Assembly: GCA_963665775.2 (NCBI GenBank)
Contig: CAXXTF010000001.1
Location: 256,001-320,000 of the forward strand
Reading direction: 5' to 3'
From: Dehalococcoidia bacterium
GTDB lineage: Bacteria; Chloroflexota; Dehalococcoidia; SM23-28-2; RBG-16-64-32
DNA length: 64,000 bases
Positions 19,075 to 29,244 of the stretch are shown here, piece by piece. Under the pieces are notes generated by a model that worked only from the letters and a program-made list of their open reading frames with translations, was not told where the DNA came from and did no database searches. The position numbers and the translations under genes are program-made. Each line of letters begins with the position of its first letter. Positions within the stretch are counted from its first letter, which is position 1.

Positions 19075-20411
19075 TCAGTCGCCCACGAGGACGCTCCGCC
19101 ACAAAACGCTGTCGTAGAGGATTTCGCCTGTCTCCGGGTCGATAAGGTCATTGGGGGTAGCGCCATGGTTGGCCTGACCATGGGTTTTGGCATGGATAGC
19201 GGCAAAAGCATCGACCCGCGGCGCCTGGGAACCGTCCAGTGGCTGGCCCGTCCGCATGAGACGGAACTTGACTTGGTCCGGCGTGAGATCCGGGTCATCC
19301 TCCAGCATGAGAGCGACGACTCCAGAGACGACGGCCGCCGAAGGAGATGTACCGCTCAGGCGCAGGTAGCGGCCATCCACCACGGCCTCCGGCATCGCCC
19401 GCGCTAGGTAGGAGCCACGGCTGGCCAGAGCGGAGAGGATCCCCTGACCCGGGGCAATCACCTCCGGCTTGGCGTAACCGTCCACGGTCCGGCCGCGGCT
19501 GGACCAATCGACCACCGTATCGTCGGCGGTATCGGCAGTGCCGGCGTCATCAAAGGCGCCCACGGTGATGACGTAGGGATCGTTAGCCGGGGCGTGATCC
19601 ACGGCGAACTCCTCATCGCCGTCGTTGCCGGCTGCCACAACGACCACAATGTCGTGGAACCAGGCCTGCTCCACCGCCGCGTCCAGCGGGTCCTGGAGGT
19701 AGCTGTCGGCGACGGAGGAGACGAGGAGTTCGCCACCCGGATGTCGTACTCATCCCGGTGGTCCACCGCCCACTGCAAGGCGGCTACCACGTCGCTGGCC
19801 AGGGCGCGACCCTCGCGGTCGGCCACCTTAAGGCTTAATATCTGGGCCCCGGGGGCTATCCCCGTGTAGGCATCCGCCTCACCGGCGATCCCACCGGCCA
19901 GGCTGCCGCTAAGGTCATTCCCATCCGCGACACCGCTGTCGATAACGGCGACCGTTATGCCCTCGCCGCTGATCCCCTCGTCCCAAGCGGCGACGGCGTT
20001 GACAGCGAACGGGTACGCCACTCCCAGATCAGATGTGCCGTCCTGGTCGTCGTCATTGCCAGACGCCATCATTTCGGCGTCCAGCGACACCACCAGTACG
20101 GCCGGATCGCGGGCCAGCCGGTCGATCTCCGTTGGCGGCAGCGTCGCCGCGAAGCCATCGATCAGCGGCAGCTGCGCCGAGGTCTCGACCGAGCCCGCCA
20201 GTTGGCCGCCCGCCCGGGCGGTCCCCTCCCGCACCCGCACTATCACGGGTACGTCTTCCCCTGGGTGCTGCGCCGTGTAGACGGCCACCCCGAGACGCAC
20301 CCTCTCCTGCGACCCCATATCCGCTTCGCCGAGCCCCATCCAGACCAGGGCAGCCAAGACGGCAAAGGCGGTCAATCCCCGAATCAAGTTGCGCCCAGAC
20401 ATCCTCTTCAT
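19075..20411 (-). pseudogene. Secreted S8 (subtilisin-like) serine protease, disrupted
   Basis: Signal peptide and propeptide, VAVIDSG (Asp), AAGN, SGTSPS (Ser). The HGT catalytic-His segment is missing and there is a frameshift near 19725. Confidence 0.85.
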
Positions 20412-20454
20412 GCTCCTGCCCTCACTATCAAGCCATACCCGACCGAATCTTTAC

Positions 20455-22158
20455 CCCGAATCCACCGAAGGACGGCCTTGGGGACAGTCCTTGAAGAAGC
20501 CATCGGGTGCTCCTCTGAATCTGGGATAATGGTTTTGGAACAGAAACCAGCCCGGAAACAAGGAGCACCCAATAGATGCTGCCACAGAACAAACCCGACC
20601 GTATCCGCATCCTCTTTGACGACCATCGCCTGGTGGCCAATGCCGGCCTGCTCCTGCCAGCCACCCTAGCCCGGCACCTGGGCCTGCGGGAACTCGTCGA
20701 CCATCACCTTGACCTCGGCGGAGCGCCGGGACGGGCGAACACTGGGGACAAGATGCTGACGCTGGTCGCTTCCGCGCTGGCAGGCGGCGACTGCATCGAC
20801 GACGCCGATGCGCTGCGCGCTGGTGGGACGGTCGGTGTTCTAGGCTGCGTGGTCAAGGCGCCATCCACCCTGGGGACCTTCCTGCGCAGCTTCCGGTGGG
20901 GGCATGTCCGTCAACTCGACCGCGTGAGCCGCCAGTTGTTGGCCCGGGCCTGGGCCGCTGGGGCCGGACCCGGCGACTCGCCCCTGACCATCGACCTGGA
21001 CTCGACCATCTGCGAAACCTATGGACTGGCCAAGGAGGGAGCGCGCCACCACGGCTATACCGGCGCCCGCGGCTATCACCCGCTGCTGGCCATTGCCGCC
21101 GGCACCGGCGAGGTGCTGATGTCCCGGCTGCGCGAGGGCCGGGCCAACACCGCCCGTGGCGCCGCCCACTTCCTGCGTGAGACGGTGGGGCGGGTGCGCT
21201 ACGGCGGGGCCAGGGGACAACTCACGGTGCGGGCCGACAGCGGCTTCTACGCCCACACTGTCGTTGCCGCCTGCCGGGAAATGGATGTCCGCTTCTCTAT
21301 CACCATCCGCCAGCGCGCCAGCCTGCGGGACCTGATCGAGGCGATACCAGAGGAGGACTGGACTCCCATTCCCTACTGGATGGACGGCGCCGCCGATGTC
21401 GCCGAGACGACTTACACCCCGTTCCAGACCAAGCCGGACGCCGCGCCGGTGCGGCTCATTGTCCGGCGGGTGAAGCCGATGCCCGGTTCCCAGCTCGCCC
21501 TCTTCGCCAGATACAGCTATCACGCCTTCATCACCGACCGCGATGGGGAGACGCTGGAACTGGAGGCCGATCATCGCCGCCACGCCGAGGTCGAGAACGC
21601 CATACGCGACCTCAAGTACGGCGTCGGGCTGAACCACATGCCGTCGGGGCGCTTCGCCGCCAACGGCGCCTGGCTGGCGGTCCAGGTGATGGCGCATAAC
21701 CTGGCCCGCTGGACAGCCCGCATCGGCCTGGGTCAGCAGATCGTGACCACCAAGACCCTCAGGCGGCGGGTCTTCGCTCTCGTGGGACGGATCACCCGCT
21801 CGGCGCGCCGCCTCACTTTGCATCTCCCCCGGCGCTGGCCTTGAGAAACCCAGTTCAGTCGCGCCTTGGCCCGGCTGCAAGCCATTCCATTCCCGGCCTG
21901 ACGGCCAGCCTGCAACTGACCCAACGTCCCCGCAATCTCGCGCCACCCCGGTCGCGAGAGTCCCCTGCTGCGTATCCTCTCGCCATCCCGCGCATCGCAA
22001 CTCCCGCATAGGGCCTTAGGGGCCCTGTGCGGCGACTGAAGACCGTCCGCCGGCCTCCCATCTACCCCAAGACCCCAGGCCATCTCCCCTGTAGCTCCCT
22101 CACCCACCCCCTTCCGCTGTCCTCACGCCGTCCATCCGTGTCCTTCGGTGGATTCGGG
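20455..22158 (+). mobile_element. IS1380-family insertion sequence
   Basis: 19-bp terminal inverted repeats CCCGAATCCACCGAAGGAC; 5-bp target duplication TTTAC at 20450-20454 and 22159-22163. Confidence 0.92.
20576..21844 (+). CDS. IS1380-family DDE transposase, probably with a late nonsense codon
   Basis: TIDLDST, GYHPLL, RADSGFY, HAEVENAIRDLK; the frame continues past the TGA as ETQFSRALARLQAIPFPA*. Confidence 0.9.
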   Translation: MLPQNKPDRIRILFDDHRLVANAGLLLPATLARHLGLRELVDHHLDLGGAPGRANTGDKMLTLVASALAGGDCIDDADALRAGGTVGVLGCVVKAPSTLGTFLRSFRWGHVRQLDRVSRQLLARAWAAGAGPGDSPLTIDLDSTICETYGLAKEGARHHGYTGARGYHPLLAIAAGTGEVLMSRLREGRANTARGAAHFLRETVGRVRYGGARGQLTVRADSGFYAHTVVAACREMDVRFSITIRQRASLRDLIEAIPEEDWTPIPYWMDGAADVAETTYTPFQTKPDAAPVRLIVRRVKPMPGSQLALFARYSYHAFITDRDGETLELEADHRRHAEVENAIRDLKYGVGLNHMPSGRFAANGAWLAVQVMAHNLARWTARIGLGQQIVTTKTLRRRVFALVGRITRSARRLTLHLPRRWP

Positions 22159-22195
22159 TTTACACCAAGCATGGATGCGCGGCGCAACTTATCTC

Positions 22196-23311
22196 TTACG
22201 GCCAACGCGTTGAGGAGCAGTTAAGTGCTGGTTGACAGATAGTTTGCGCCACCCGCGGGTCGAACTGCTGGCCGCCGCAGCGCTCCAGCTCTTGAGTCGC
22301 CATCTGCAGGGAGAGGACGTTGCGGTAGGAGCGGTGGGTGGTCATGGCATCGAAGGCGTCGCTCACCAGGATGATACGGGACCCGATGGGGATATCCTCA
22401 CCCGACAAGCCGTCCGGATAGCCGCCGCCATCGTAATGCTCGTGGTGATGGCCTACTATAGGTGCCGCCGCTGCCAGGGCTGGTATCCGGTTGAGGATGT
22501 CCCTGCCCACCAGCGGGTGATTCCGCACTACCGTCTTCTCTTCCTCGGTGAGGGGACCCCCCTTGAGCAGTATTCGATCGGGCATGGCCAGCTTCCCGAT
22601 GTCGTGCAGGAGAGCGGCCTCCTCGATCAGGTTCTGACGGGCTGGGGAGAGGCCTATCTCCTTCGCCACCCGCTTAGCGTACCAGGCAGCGCGGCTCGTC
22701 TGGCCGGCCAGAGCCCCCGTCTTCCGCTCCAGCGCGGCCACCAGGGCCGTTATGGGATCGCTCACCCTGCGCTTGCGCCTCCAGGCGCTGTCTTCGGCGC
22801 AGACCAGATCACCCCAGTAGCCTACTTTGTTACCGCCCACGGCCTTGGCCCAGTACATCGCCGCCTCCGCACCGTACACCAACTCCGCCTCCGAATGGGC
22901 AGACTCGGGATAGCTGGCCACCCCCAGACTGACCATCGCCTCGCCGATGGGCGTTCGCACGGCGCTCGCCACCTTCGCCCGCAGTTTCTCGGCCAGCAAG
23001 ACGGCGGCCCGCGCCGACACCTCCGGGAGGAGGGACGCCAACATGTCTCCGCCCACTCGATAGGCGGGCCCAGCCCGCGAAGCGATGACGACCCGGAACT
23101 CTTGCAGAACCCTATCGCCTATCTCCCAGCCGATGGAGTCGTTCACGAGCCGGAAGCTGTCCAGCCCGGCAACGATGACGCTTAGCGCGGTGCCTTCCTG
23201 CTCCGCCTGCCTGAAGAAGGCCGCTACCTGCTCACCGAACGCCTGATGGTCATCACCGGCAGAACCCAGGTCCAACGCCGTAGCCGGCAGGTTCACCTCT
23301 AGTGGACTCAT
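22196..23311 (-). CDS. Degenerate GGDEF plus HD-GYP c-di-GMP phosphodiesterase
   Basis: GGDML in place of GGDEF; LHDIGK, HHEHYDGGGYPDGL, DAFDAMT. Confidence 0.88.
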   Translation of the reverse strand: MSPLEVNLPATALDLGSAGDDHQAFGEQVAAFFRQAEQEGTALSVIVAGLDSFRLVNDSIGWEIGDRVLQEFRVVIASRAGPAYRVGGDMLASLLPEVSARAAVLLAEKLRAKVASAVRTPIGEAMVSLGVASYPESAHSEAELVYGAEAAMYWAKAVGGNKVGYWGDLVCAEDSAWRRKRRVSDPITALVAALERKTGALAGQTSRAAWYAKRVAKEIGLSPARQNLIEEAALLHDIGKLAMPDRILLKGGPLTEEEKTVVRNHPLVGRDILNRIPALAAAAPIVGHHHEHYDGGGYPDGLSGEDIPIGSRIILVSDAFDAMTTHRSYRNVLSLQMATQELERCGGQQFDPRVAQTICQPALNCSSTRWP

Positions 23312-23673
23312 GATCCCTCTATCGCCACTTTTCTTCTACACAACGCCACAATGAGAAGGATGCCGGAGTGGCGAAGACGTTACACTGAAAAGACCCCCAG
23401 CGCCCGACAGCCCGTAAGAGGCCAGGACGGCCTCTGGGCAAGACCGTCGGTCTACTGATTTAACGGAATAAGCTGGTGATGGCTGCTGCGAGCAAAGCAG
23501 AAGCTCTTCGCGAGACTGGGCAGGCATGGAGACTTCCTTCTGGCTGCGATGACTCCATGGATTATCGAGGGACCGGAAGAGACGCGCGGCGGCAGCTCTA
23601 AGCCGCAGCCTGGGATGGTGACCACATCCCTGTTCGCCGCTCCCTGGTATACTCTAGTCTGCCTTTCGAAGCC

Positions 23674-24189
23674 ATGGATTTGAAACGCTTTATCCGAGAC
23701 GTGCCGGACTTCCCGGAGCCCGGTGTCCTATTCCGTGATATCACGCCCCTTCTCCAGAACCCAGAGGCGTTCCAGCACGCCATCGGGAAGCTGACGGATC
23801 GGTTCCAGGGCAGAGGCTTGGAGGCCGTCGTGGGCATCGAATCGCGCGGCTTCCTGTTCGCGGCGCCGCTGGCGATTAACCTGGGAGTGCCCCTGGTGCC
23901 TGTGCGCAAGACCGGCAAGCTACCGGCGGCCCACCTGACCGTGGAGTACTCCCTGGAATACGGCACCGGCCAGTTGGAAATCCACAGCGATGCCCTGGAG
24001 AGCGGTGCGGTGGTGATCATCGTTGACGATCTAATTGCGACGGGCGGGTCTGCTTTGGCCGCCGCCAAGCTGGTGGAGTCTCTGGGGGCGGTGGTGCACG
24101 CCTTCGCCTTCCTGGTGGAGCTCGTCGGCCTGGGCGGACGGGAACGGCTACAGGGCTACGAAGTAGTGTCGCTGACGCGCTACCAGTAG
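23674..24189 (+). CDS. apt: Adenine phosphoribosyltransferase
   Basis: VPDFPEPGVLFRDITPLL, GIESRGF, YSLEYG, VDDLIATGGS. Confidence 0.97.
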   Translation: MDLKRFIRDVPDFPEPGVLFRDITPLLQNPEAFQHAIGKLTDRFQGRGLEAVVGIESRGFLFAAPLAINLGVPLVPVRKTGKLPAAHLTVEYSLEYGTGQLEIHSDALESGAVVIIVDDLIATGGSALAAAKLVESLGAVVHAFAFLVELVGLGGRERLQGYEVVSLTRYQ

Positions 24190-24259
24190 GCCTCGGATGT
24201 CCACAGTGTAATCGGACCCGACCTCGGCGCGGATGGAATCGATGACCTCATCCGAGCCT

Positions 24260-26617
24260 TCAGTCCTCCTTGCAGACGATCACGTTTCTGGCCTTCAGAG
24301 CGTCTATCTGGTCTGGACCGTACCCCAACTCCTCCAGGATCGCCCTGGTGCTGGCCCCCAGCGGCTCCAGTACACCGACCTCGCCCGGCGTCTTTAGCAG
24401 ATCGACATGCATGCCCGTCTGCTGCATACAGTCTACTAAACCCGGATAACTATAGGTGGTGATGTCCTGCTCGTAGCGCCCGTCCCATTCGTCGAGGAGG
24501 AAGTCAGGCCAGGCGCCATTGGCCACGGCGCAGGCCACGTCCCTGGCCTGGAGCAGCTCCTCCCATTCCTGGGCACCCCGCTCCTTGAACAACGGCTCCA
24601 GAAGGGCCAGCAGAGCCTCCTTATGGGCCTTGCGTCCCCCCTTGCTGGAGAAGCGAGGATCGTCGTGCCACTCGGGGTGGCCGACCGCCTCACAGAAGGC
24701 CGACCACTCCTCATCGGTCAGGACGGCCAGGAACACCCAGCCCTCTTTGGCCCGATAGAGGCGATACAGGGGACCCAGGCCGTACTGCCCCTTGTCGGGG
24801 ATAGGCCGCGGCGGCTTGCCCTCGTAGCGCAGGAAGTCGTCTGAGAAGAGGTAGGCCGCACTGCACAGCATGGTGGTCTCCAGGTTCTGGCTGTCGCCAC
24901 TCAGCTCCCGCGCTCGTAGGCCTAGCAGAAGCGCCACCGTCACCCCCAGGAGGCCACCGTGGTCACTGGTCCGCTTATCCTGAGGGGGGTTCCCTTCGCC
25001 CGCCTGAAGGACCTCCCCGCCGGCCATGGCCGAGATTACCCCATCGAAGGCGGGCCGACGGGCATCGGGGCCGCTGGAGCCGAAGGAGGCGGAATTCAGG
25101 TACACCAGCCGCGGGTTGATCTTCCGAAGGGTTTCGTAATCTATGGCTAGCCGCTCCGGCACCCCGGGCCGGAAGTTATGGATAAAGATGTCGGCACCAG
25201 CCACGAGCTGGCGCAGGATCTCCATGCCCTCGGACGTCTTCAGGTCGATGGAGATCCGCTCCTTCCCCCGATTCACCCGCAAGAAGAGCTCACCAATGTG
25301 AGCAGCAAAGGGGTCGCCCTCCAGGGTCTCTACCTTGATGACCCGGGCCCCCAGGTCTCTTAGGATGGCGGGGCCACCGGGCGCCGCCGCCCACGTGGCT
25401 AGGTCGAGGATGGTGACTCCGTTCAAGGCCCCCTGGGGCAAGGCCGGCGCTGGGGAGACCCGGGCAGGCTTAGCGACGGGAGCGGGCGCACCCTTCACTC
25501 TGGCCAGTACCTCCCCGGTGTGCTGCCCCAGCAGGGGCGCCGGGCCCGGAAATTGCCATTCTCGCCCCACAAACTTCACCAGGGGACCTACCTGCTTCAT
25601 CCTCCCCACCATCGGGTCGTCCACCTCGATAACGTGGCCGTTGTGCAGTATTTGCGGGTAGTCCATAAGCTCCTGGGTGGTCATGATGACCCCGCAGGCC
25701 GCGTCCTGCTCATTCAATATCCTCATCCACTCGTCCCGAGACTTGGTCCTGTAGGCGGCATCTATCAAGGAATTGAGATAGGCTGCGTCTTCGGGAGAAA
25801 GCCGGGTACCGCGCCCCTGAAAGCGGGGGTCGGTGAAATACTCCTGGATGCCCAGGGCCCGCATCATATTCTCAACGATGCGCCCTGCGCTGTGGGAATG
25901 GATCCACTTGCCGTCGGCGCATTCGCCAATCCGAGTCGCGCCGCTGTTGCGGGGGTCCCTTCCCGCAATAGAGGTCAGGGACTTGTAGAGTTCTGGTGTT
26001 TCGCACCGAAATCCGCCGTATGAGAAGACGTATAGTGCCTGTACCATCGTGGACTCGACCTTCTGGCCCACCCCGGTCTTCTCTTTCAGGTGAAGGGCAG
26101 CCAGGATGCCGACGAGCCCCTGGATCGCCGACCCGAAGCTGCACTTGAACACGGCATCGTAGTGGAGCTCATCGCCCCGATAACCGTTCTGGATGACGTG
26201 CTGGCCACACTTGGCCGAAACGATCCCCTCGTACCCCTTATAGTGGCGGTACTTGCCCTTCTGACCAAAGGCCGAAATCGAAAGGTAGATGAGGCCCAGG
26301 TTCACCTGAGCTAGCCCCTCGTAGCCGAGGCCCAACCGCTCGGCTACCCCTGGCCGGAAGTTCTCTATGACTACGTCGCTCTCTCTGGCCAGGGCCTGGG
26401 CCGCCTGGCGGCCCTCCTCCGTCTTCAGGTCCAGGATGACGCTCTTCTTCCCCCGGTTCCACTGGAGGAAAGCAGGCAGATGTCGAAACGCCTCCCCCGC
26501 AGGGGGCTCCACCTTAATGACTTCGGCCCCGTAGTCGGCCAGGATCATGCCGGGGATGGCCCCGTATCCCTGGCCGAGGTCCAGGACTCTCAGGCCGTCA
26601 CAAGCTATAACCGTCAC
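24260..26617 (-). CDS. Tandem two-domain family III (CaiB/BaiF) CoA-transferase
   Basis: Two copies of D(Y/L)GAxVIKVE...NRGK...NFRPGV; GTG start with GGAGGA (the track starts at 26668). Confidence 0.9.
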   Translation of the reverse strand: MTVIACDGLRVLDLGQGYGAIPGMILADYGAEVIKVEPPAGEAFRHLPAFLQWNRGKKSVILDLKTEEGRQAAQALARESDVVIENFRPGVAERLGLGYEGLAQVNLGLIYLSISAFGQKGKYRHYKGYEGIVSAKCGQHVIQNGYRGDELHYDAVFKCSFGSAIQGLVGILAALHLKEKTGVGQKVESTMVQALYVFSYGGFRCETPELYKSLTSIAGRDPRNSGATRIGECADGKWIHSHSAGRIVENMMRALGIQEYFTDPRFQGRGTRLSPEDAAYLNSLIDAAYRTKSRDEWMRILNEQDAACGVIMTTQELMDYPQILHNGHVIEVDDPMVGRMKQVGPLVKFVGREWQFPGPAPLLGQHTGEVLARVKGAPAPVAKPARVSPAPALPQGALNGVTILDLATWAAAPGGPAILRDLGARVIKVETLEGDPFAAHIGELFLRVNRGKERISIDLKTSEGMEILRQLVAGADIFIHNFRPGVPERLAIDYETLRKINPRLVYLNSASFGSSGPDARRPAFDGVISAMAGGEVLQAGEGNPPQDKRTSDHGGLLGVTVALLLGLRARELSGDSQNLETTMLCSAAYLFSDDFLRYEGKPPRPIPDKGQYGLGPLYRLYRAKEGWVFLAVLTDEEWSAFCEAVGHPEWHDDPRFSSKGGRKAHKEALLALLEPLFKERGAQEWEELLQARDVACAVANGAWPDFLLDEWDGRYEQDITTYSYPGLVDCMQQTGMHVDLLKTPGEVGVLEPLGASTRAILEELGYGPDQIDALKARNVIVCKED

Positions 26618-26909
26618 GGCATCCTCCAGCATCGCCCCCAACGTAGGAGCGCAGATGTCAGAATACAAGAGCCGGAAGTCATCTTCAACGTTTGTGATGT
26701 TTAAGGAGGGCCTTGCTGAAGCGGCTTTCTGGATGTAACAGAAAGCGTCCCCATTCGGTCTCGGCAGGTGAGAGGGGTAGGAATGCCCGCTACAAGATTC
26801 TTCAGAATTTTGGCGTTTGGTGCTTGCCGGCGCTATCTCAGATCCAGACCGACACCGGTACGCTCTAGGGTGGCGACCTGAGGCAAGCGACTAGGGTACA
26901 ATCGACGGC

Positions 26910-27856
26910 ATGGAGAATGACCCGCCTCCTGCCGAGGCAGTGCCCAAGAACGGCGTCACCTACTTCATCCGCCATCTCACTGAGGTCGCACAGATTCTGC
27001 CCCGGCTGGAGAAAGACCGCCTTTTCTGCGTCTACGCCATCTGCCAACTTGAGCCTGAGCGGTTTCCCCACACTAGGTGGTACGTCGCGGAGGGCGAAGC
27101 TGGTGAGGCGCTGGTCATGCACGGCACGGGCAGCTTGAGGAGCAGTCTATACGGCTATGGCGCGGACCTCTTCTGCATGGGAGACCCAGGCGCGTTAGAC
27201 GTCGTGTTGTCGCTCCATCCGGGCCCGCGCTATGTGTCCCGATTGTGGGCTCAGGTCGAGCATGGCCCAATTCTGAGGCGTCGCTTCCGCCTAGTTGATG
27301 ACTACCCGATGGCCCTTAATCGATCCGGCAGTGAGGAGGAAGGGCCGGTCGAGCCACCGGTCCAACGACTTACGGGAGATGACATTGGGGAGGTCAACCG
27401 TCTGTACCGGGCCTGTGGCGGCTCGCTAGGGCGTTATCGCAGGGAGCTAATAGAACGCGGACTCTGGTACGGGATTTATGAGGATGGGCACATAGTTGCC
27501 CTCAATTCTGCAGATGCCAACTCGCCCACGCATGGAATGTTGCTGCACGGCCGAACCCTAGTGCACCCCAAGTACAGGGGCGGCACTATTTGGACCTCCT
27601 GCGCACTGCTCGACTACGAGACACGTCAAAGACATACCCCCTGCACGTGGGCACACAGGATACCAGGAACGAAGGTGTGCAGCGGGTGCTTGCGCGCAGA
27701 GGCAAAATCTCAACAGGGGTTGGGCAAGTCCTGGAGACGCGGGCCTACCGTCGCGACCCAGTGGGCCTGGCCAGCCTCATCCGGCGGGTGCTGGCACGGC
27801 GGCGGGCGATGAGAGCTCAGGGCAGTGGATCTTCACCCGACGAACAGGAGAGTTAG
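26910..27856 (+). pseudogene. GNAT-like acetyltransferase, frameshifted
   Basis: WYGIYEDGHIVA...VHPKYRG, then a frameshift in a G-run near 27580; paralog at 43828-44500. Confidence 0.6.
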
Positions 27857-27924
27857 AGCCGATAACTTCGGTTGACGAAGTTGGAAGTCCGCAGAACCGC
27901 CGCCCTATTTGTCAGCCTTGAGGG

Positions 27925-28322
27925 GTGACGATGGCCAAGTCCTCGATTGAGAAGGCCATCGAGCAGTACGGACGGGATATAGACGAGCTTCCGACGTTCC
28001 TGGCTCGGAAGGACACCGATAAAGTCGGTTTCGTGACCCTGAAACACCACAACGAGGGAGCGGCTGAAGTGCTTGTGATGACCGTATCACCTGATCTGCA
28101 CCGTCAGGGGGTCGGTCAGCACACTCTGCGTCGGGCGGAGCAGTGGCTGAATGAGTCTGGCACCCGATACCTCCAAGTCAAGATCCTTGGCCCTTCCCAT
28201 CCGGACGAGAACTACGCGAAGACGCGGGAGTTCTATTCGGCGATGGGTTCTGGCCACTGGAAGAGCTGAAGGCACTATGGGGCGAGTCCAATCCGGCTAT
28301 AGTGATGGTCAAGGCCTTGTAG
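27925..28322 (+). pseudogene. GNAT N-acetyltransferase fragment, frameshifted
   Basis: VSPDLHRQGVG, YLQVK, YAKTREFY; the C-terminus PLEELKALWGESNPAIVMVKAL is in another frame. Confidence 0.7.
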
Positions 28323-28360
28323 TGAGTTCACTTTTGATATCTCTGACCGCTACGGTATAG

Positions 28361-28891
28361 ATGATGCAGGAGAAAGGCGATCAAGAATCCTGGATACACC
28401 CTGAGGTCGAGTTACGGACGTCTCCTATTCACGGGCGAGGGATGTTCGCTAAGTCTCCACTGAAGACCTACGAGGTGGTTGTCGTCTGGGCCCGCAGTTT
28501 CGTGACGCGTGAGGCTGCCCAGCGAGCAAGGGCTCAAGGAAAGATCGTCATGCAGCTCGACGATGACCTCTATAGCATTGAAGAACGGGGCACCGACGAC
28601 ACCTACTTCATGAACCACTCGTGCGATCCCAGTGTCTGGATGGTAGACGCAGTGACCTTGGTCGCCCACCGTGATATCCTGCCTGGCGAGGAGTTGACCG
28701 TCGACTACGCCCTTTTCGAAGCGGATGAGAGTTTCGTCGCCGCTTGGGAGTGTAGCTGCCGCTCAGCAAAATGCCGTAGCCTGGTTACGGGCATAGACTG
28801 GACGCATCCAGAGCTCCAAGTGCGGTATCAAGGTCATTTCTCGCCCCTGATCAATAAGCGGATAGCGGACCTGAATTCCGGCAGCAGGTGA
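28361..28891 (+). CDS. SET-domain protein with post-SET cysteines
   Basis: SPIHGRGMFA, FMNHSCDP, GEELTVDY, CSCRSAKCR. Confidence 0.92.
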   Translation: MMQEKGDQESWIHPEVELRTSPIHGRGMFAKSPLKTYEVVVVWARSFVTREAAQRARAQGKIVMQLDDDLYSIEERGTDDTYFMNHSCDPSVWMVDAVTLVAHRDILPGEELTVDYALFEADESFVAAWECSCRSAKCRSLVTGIDWTHPELQVRYQGHFSPLINKRIADLNSGSR

Positions 28892-28940
28892 CCGAATCGC
28901 CACGGGGATAACGATGAAGCCGAGGACAACCTCAACCCTC

Positions 28941-29021
28941 CTGCAGAAGGACGCCACAGAGGCACTGGACGCCCTGCTCAGGACCTAATCGTCTCCGGGT
29001 TGCCGCCAACGTTGCCGTCAA
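28941..29021 (+). pseudogene. Probable C-terminal remnant of a tyrosine integrase plus arm-type direct repeats
   Basis: LQKDATEALDALLRT* resembles the end of the intact integrase (IQKEAAGKVAVAL); followed by TTGCCGCCAA-cg-TTGCCGTCAA. Confidence 0.45.
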
Positions 29022-29077
29022 ACGGCCTCGCCCGCACCGGCTGACCCATGTCGAAGCAGGATTTCAGATACAAAAAC

Positions 29078-29152
29078 TGGAGCCACCGGGGAGATTCGAA
29101 CTCCCGACCTGCGGTTTACGAAACCGCTGCTCTACCGCTGAGCTACAGTGGC
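29078..29152 (-). tRNA. tRNA-Thr (anticodon CGT)
   Basis: GCCACTG...TAGCTCAGCGGTAGAGC, anticodon arm GCGGT-TTCGTAA-ACCGC, GTTCGAATC T-loop, encoded CCA. Confidence 0.97.
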
Positions 29153-29244
29153 CTCTGCGCTATTTTAGATACAAAATGTGGACTATGGCTAGCGTCCCTG
29201 TTCTTTCGCCGGCCAGGTTGACCCCAATTCTGACCCCAACCCGC

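Noticed and set aside
21842-21844. In-frame TGA (also 5790-5792) as selenocysteine or genetic-code reassignment
   Set aside because: TGA ends many intact genes here and no SECIS-like context is evident; a nonsense mutation or normal stop is simpler.
20840-22009. Long antisense ORFs (e.g. 20840-22009, 6744-7661, 9025-9948, 22232-23185)
   Set aside because: Shadow ORFs opposite real genes, expected at high GC.
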